Shown here piece after piece: positions 59,946 through 64,000 of a DNA stretch of 64,000 nt. A program made the position numbers and the translations under genes. The first letter of the stretch is position 1. Each line of letters opens with the position of its first letter. Under the pieces are notes generated by a model that searched no databases, was not told the origin of the DNA, and saw only the letters and a program-made list of their open reading frames with translations. The DNA lies in the IMG/VR virus record IMGVR_UViG_3300048123_000029, positions 884 through 64,883 of that record; one strand, written 5' to 3'. The stretch is from a virus (lineage: Duplodnaviria; Caudoviricetes).

Positions 59946-60056
59946 GGATCCTGTATCCTGTGCCTGGGAAAGCCCGAACCCTGGTCGAGATCCCGCGAGC
60001 TGTGGCGCCTGGGACCTGGCAGCTGATCCTGGGAACGTGATCCTGAAACCTGGAAA
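59946..60056 (+). repeat. GC-rich cluster of short co-oriented CCTG(G)/GATCC repeats
   Basis: Six CCTGG and four GATCC in about 110 bp of an AT-rich genome. Confidence 0.65.
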
Positions 60057-60163
60057 CGATATGGGGGCTGGCAAAAAGAAACGGGTTTTACTTACGCTGG
60101 TGTACAGTGTATATGTAGTAGCAACCCATTACTTCCCTATATCTAACTATTTTTTAAATATAA

Positions 60164-60209
60164 TGTGACACTAGGTAGTTATATATAATAGTAGCAGGCA
60201 ACTGTCGCA
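60164..60209. repeat. 46-bp dyad element, copy 3
   Basis: TGTGACACTAG-N24-CAACTGTCGCA. Confidence 0.6.
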
Positions 60210-60244
60210 TTAAGTACTCCGAAAACAGCGTAATCATACACAGT

Positions 60245-60487
60245 ATGACACAAAAACTATCTCCGGCAGCAAGAAGAGCTAAGCGTGCACGGGACAAAGC
60301 ATACGCTATGACACCTGATCGGAGAAGGAAAAAAGCACATTCCCAGCGAGAGCGCAGGAAAAAGCCCTGCCCTGACGGTTATGACTACGATCACAAGAGA
60401 CAAAAGTGCGTATCAATAGCATCCAATAGAGGAAACGAGGGTGAGGGAACTAAAAAAGAAAGTGGTAACGACTACAACACAAACTAA
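60245..60487 (+). CDS. Small basic protein with truncated HNH-like motif
   Basis: GYDYDH.....VS...NRG. Confidence 0.55.
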   Translation: MTQKLSPAARRAKRARDKAYAMTPDRRRKKAHSQRERRKKPCPDGYDYDHKRQKCVSIASNRGNEGEGTKKESGNDYNTN

Positions 60488-60489
60488 AC

Positions 60490-63400
60490 ATGGCTAGAAT
60501 ACATAGATACAAGCAGGGTAATGTTTCATTACTCGACACATTGGTAGGAACCGATGTAGAAAACCAAAAAGCAACTGTAAATATACCAATCGCAGCTGTT
60601 GTTGACCTAGCTATTGACTTTTTTAGCACAAACGGCAACGGCGATGGTATAAACCAGAGTCTTTTGGACATCACGACAAGCATAGATGGGAACACGCAAT
60701 CTATTGCTACTTACCAAAACATAGTAAACACTCTTACAAACGAGTTTACCTCTATTGTAACTCGTACAGAAACACTAGAATCCTCATTTACAACAAACGT
60801 TGATGGCGATATAACCATATCTACAGCAAATATCACTAATTTTGCGGAAACAATCGCCGCAGAGGGGTTTGCGTCGGCCACTACGCTTGATTCTTTATCT
60901 TCACAAGTCCAGCAAATCATAGATGGACAGCTTACAATAGACACATACGCTACAATTGACCAATTAGCTAATACAACCTCTACTTTAACTGGTTCAATTG
61001 CTACATTAGAAGACACTTTAACTGCGGGTTACCAAGCTTACACTGATGGCATACTCACAACAGACGCTTTTGCTTCCGCCGTACAAGGCGTTGAGGTCTC
61101 AGCTACAGATACTTTTGCTTCTTCAACGCAATATACTAACCTTAAAGCTAATTTTGGTACATTTGACGCAAATGGCAACCTATTAACGCTGGCAAGTTCT
61201 TTTGCAAACAGTGTTTTAACAGCATATACTGACGATACACTAGCTACAGCTTCAGATATAACTACTTTGCAAGCTTCTTTTGGCACTTACGTGCAAGGTG
61301 AGCTAGCGACCTACTCAAATACCTCAGCTACAAACTCTTTAATTGCAACCGCTACAGCAGATATGGCAACTGTCCAGGATTTGACAACACTGGAGGCTAC
61401 ATTAGAGACATATGTAGATGGTGCAATAACTGGATCATCGAACGCTGGTATTACCGCTAGCTATTTAACAACTGTTTTAGCGGATTACGCAGAGGCAACG
61501 GATTTAACAGAATTACAAGCATCGATAGGAACGTTTGACGCTAATGGCAATATCACTGCATTGTCGAATGCTTTCTCAACACAAGTTACTAGTGCGGTCG
61601 CGGGAGAAGGTTACGCGACTACTTCCTCATTAAATACACTTGAGGCATCATTAACAAGTTACATAGACGGTGAAATAGCATCGTCCTCGACTGCAGGTAT
61701 TACTGGATCTCAATTAACAACAGTCTTAGAAGATTATGCAGAAGCTACTGACTTAACAGCTCTAGAAGCCTCTATAGGTACTTTCGATGCGAATGGTAAC
61801 TTAACCGCTCTATCTACTGCTTTTGCCAATCAAGTGACTTCGGCAGTAGCGACTGATACATTTGCGGAAGTAACAGATTTAAATGAACTAAAGGCTGAGA
61901 TTGGTACTTTCGATGCAAACGGAAACCTAACAGGTTTATCGACCGCGTTTTCAACTGAATTAACAGATATTATTGCCACTGAAAACTTGGCGAGCGCTCA
62001 AAGCGTTACAGATCTTACAGCCACAGTAACACAAAACAATACTACACTATCTGCTGGTGTTTCCTCTAATCAATCGGCTATTGCTTCAGTCGATGGACAA
62101 CTAGCAGCTTCCTATGGTTTAAATGTAACAGCGGGGAATGCAATTTCAGGTATGACTTTGTTAGCGGATGGGACTACTAATCTTTCTGAAATTAAATTTG
62201 TAGCCGACAAGTTTTCAATAGAACAGCCTAACGGTAATTCTATTGCTCCTTTCGTTCTTAACAATGACGGCTCTATATCATTAAACGGGGCGGTGACATT
62301 TTCAAATTCGTCGTCTGGCTCAGGAATTAGCCAAACCGATTTACAAAACTATTTAACAAATAACAATTACACTACAACAAGTGACTTACCTACTGAGTTC
62401 ACCACTACAGACCTGCAAAATTATTTAGATGATGAGGGTTATGAATCAGGCGGTATTGATTCAGCGCAGCTGGCGACTTATCTTTCTAATGGCGGTTATA
62501 TAACTGATCAAACCACAATCAGCGGAGGAAAAATTACAACAGGTATTATAGCTAGTCAAAATTTTGCGATGCCCACGAATTCTTTAACATCGGGTTATTC
62601 AATTAATGGCATGGGTATAAACCTAGACAATAATTCCATACACGCTAAGGAGTTCTACATTAATGCAGACGGGTCCGCAAACTTTGGGGGTATTCATTCA
62701 GCTGGATCAATTGGTAGCTGGACGGTAGACAGTAGTGGGGCGTTAAAAGACAGCTCATCAGAAATTGTTCTAGACCCAAGCGGATCGTACACAGAAGTCG
62801 GCACGGAAAAACTTGTGCTATCTTCAGAAGATTTACCAGCGATTGCGCCAAGCGCGGCCACAAGCGCGCAATTTTCTTTAGGAGTAATAGGTCTAGGTAG
62901 CGGCTTGTCTACTAGCGCTTATCAATTAAGTAGTAGAACTGGTTCAACAACAACCTCTGGCTCAAACCCTAAAACGAATAAGTATTTCTTTTCAGACATA
63001 ACCGGCACTATAGCTGGTTCTAACACCCAGGGCAATATAGCTTACGACGCTTATGGCGGTGGGGATTTTACATATACAATACCCTATGGAGCGGGGCCTA
63101 CTTTTGGCGAAACTAGCGCAGTAGCAACATTACTTGGAGCAGCGGGTATAACTTTTGGTTTTCAATCCGAATTTGGTAAAGATTACGGCTGGGGATCAAT
63201 ATCCTCATCAAGCGGCAACACCACCTCGGGGCCAAGCGAAGGAGGACTTGATGATGCTAATGGCGGCAACAGCGTTGATGAGCCAACTGACGGCTCTGGC
63301 GGATTAGATTATGATAGCATCCCTAACATAACTGATATTGCAGGTTTTGATTACACGCTAAATGTTGTATTCAAATTTTATTTTGTTCCAGACAATGGTG

Positions 63401-64000
63401 GCGCTAGTGTTTTATTAAAAACTGAAACAAAAGCAGTAGCTTCTGGATCTATATCCAAAGATTTAAGAGACGCAACTTCGGTTATTTTGAGCCCTAATAA
63501 CGATAATGAGTATTTCGGCGTTATTGCTAATGTGCCAGGCAATTGGGCGTCTGGTCAAATTGAGGGAACTTATCAAGCCCCGACATCATCAAACATAGGT
63601 ACCGCTACAAATCCAGGTGATATACGTGTGGACTCTTTCTATGAATATGATTTTAGTAATATATACGTATGGTCAGCTGGTACTTCAACTTCAGGGTATG
63701 ATATGACAACGCCTTGGTCATACATACACCCCACGGTCCGACAATATCTTTCTTCCGGTGAAGACTTAACTAATTCTTTTAGTAATGTATTATTTACAGG
63801 CGCAACAGCAAAAACAAATATTGGATTAAACGGTATACAGGTTAGGGGTAATAAAGGTTTTGTTGCCCTCGGGGATGTTGTTCCCGGGTCCGCTAACGCG
63901 GTTGCTCAGGTATGGGGTAACACACAAGTATTCGGTACTTTAACAAGTAACGCTGCTCGTACTTTTTCAGATAAAAATCTAAAAGAAAATATTATACCAA
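60490..64000 (+). CDS. Long tail fibre/spike, 3'-partial (>1170 aa, not in ORF track)
   Basis: ATG at 60490 and in frame at the window end. GTFDANGN repeats; lambda-J-like segment (AISGMTL...IKFVADKFSI); ends at SDKNLKENI, the start motif of a peptidase S74 chaperone. Confidence 0.8.
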   Translation, partial: MARIHRYKQGNVSLLDTLVGTDVENQKATVNIPIAAVVDLAIDFFSTNGNGDGINQSLLDITTSIDGNTQSIATYQNIVNTLTNEFTSIVTRTETLESSFTTNVDGDITISTANITNFAETIAAEGFASATTLDSLSSQVQQIIDGQLTIDTYATIDQLANTTSTLTGSIATLEDTLTAGYQAYTDGILTTDAFASAVQGVEVSATDTFASSTQYTNLKANFGTFDANGNLLTLASSFANSVLTAYTDDTLATASDITTLQASFGTYVQGELATYSNTSATNSLIATATADMATVQDLTTLEATLETYVDGAITGSSNAGITASYLTTVLADYAEATDLTELQASIGTFDANGNITALSNAFSTQVTSAVAGEGYATTSSLNTLEASLTSYIDGEIASSSTAGITGSQLTTVLEDYAEATDLTALEASIGTFDANGNLTALSTAFANQVTSAVATDTFAEVTDLNELKAEIGTFDANGNLTGLSTAFSTELTDIIATENLASAQSVTDLTATVTQNNTTLSAGVSSNQSAIASVDGQLAASYGLNVTAGNAISGMTLLADGTTNLSEIKFVADKFSIEQPNGNSIAPFVLNNDGSISLNGAVTFSNSSSGSGISQTDLQNYLTNNNYTTTSDLPTEFTTTDLQNYLDDEGYESGGIDSAQLATYLSNGGYITDQTTISGGKITTGIIASQNFAMPTNSLTSGYSINGMGINLDNNSIHAKEFYINADGSANFGGIHSAGSIGSWTVDSSGALKDSSSEIVLDPSGSYTEVGTEKLVLSSEDLPAIAPSAATSAQFSLGVIGLGSGLSTSAYQLSSRTGSTTTSGSNPKTNKYFFSDITGTIAGSNTQGNIAYDAYGGGDFTYTIPYGAGPTFGETSAVATLLGAAGITFGFQSEFGKDYGWGSISSSSGNTTSGPSEGGLDDANGGNSVDEPTDGSGGLDYDSIPNITDIAGFDYTLNVVFKFYFVPDNGGASVLLKTETKAVASGSISKDLRDATSVILSPNNDNEYFGVIANVPGNWASGQIEGTYQAPTSSNIGTATNPGDIRVDSFYEYDFSNIYVWSAGTSTSGYDMTTPWSYIHPTVRQYLSSGEDLTNSFSNVLFTGATAKTNIGLNGIQVRGNKGFVALGDVVPGSANAVAQVWGNTQVFGTLTSNAARTFSDKNLKENIIP

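Noticed and set aside
59935-60168. 77-aa ORF over the CCTGG cluster
   Set aside because: Its composition reflects the DNA repeats and it overlaps a dyad element; likely spurious.
874-62863. Many short antisense or nested ORFs in the track (e.g. 5240-5668, 11803-12435, 41451-41921, 60450-61286)
   Set aside because: They are shadow frames of well-supported genes and show no independent signals.
1-64000. Stop-codon reassignment as in some crAss-like phages
   Set aside because: Code 11 gives dense full-length genes, and TAG and TGA end genes such as MCP, nrdA and groEL at expected places.

Overview
The whole window is a lytic dsDNA podophage genome segment (AT-rich, standard genetic code), most like marine Bacteroidota/Flavobacteriia phages with a crAss-like virion gene order; both window ends fall inside tail-fibre genes, so this is probably most of a circular or permuted genome. 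The + strand (1-41068 and 60245-end) carries tail fibres, GroEL and GroES plus a second tandem GroES-like protein, terminase, portal, scaffold, major capsid, tail ring/nozzle proteins, three probable ejection proteins (including a 2918-aa giant) and lysis genes. The - strand (41065-59876) carries NrdAB, a resolvase, MazG, ThyA, primase-helicase, SSB, RecE/ERF, a sigma factor, a ligase and many small early genes. No DNA polymerase, integrase or RNA polymerase is visible. Best candidate new system: the 2918-aa protein reads as a polyprotein with a zincin HELGH motif, a sigma-70 region-2-like module, an HNH-like module and a HAD phosphatase, separated by four K[FLS]SK linkers. The early region has eight copies of a fixed-length 35-bp promoter-like motif that does not match the Bacteroidota host consensus, suggesting early transcription driven by an injected sigma domain. 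Also notable: a 69-nt D-armless, G3-U70 tRNA/tmRNA-like RNA with a structured upstream leader, three copies of a 46-47-bp dyad (one covering the start of an HTH gene), and a CCTGG/GATCC cluster at the divergence point. All assignments come from motif recognition by eye; no database searches were run.
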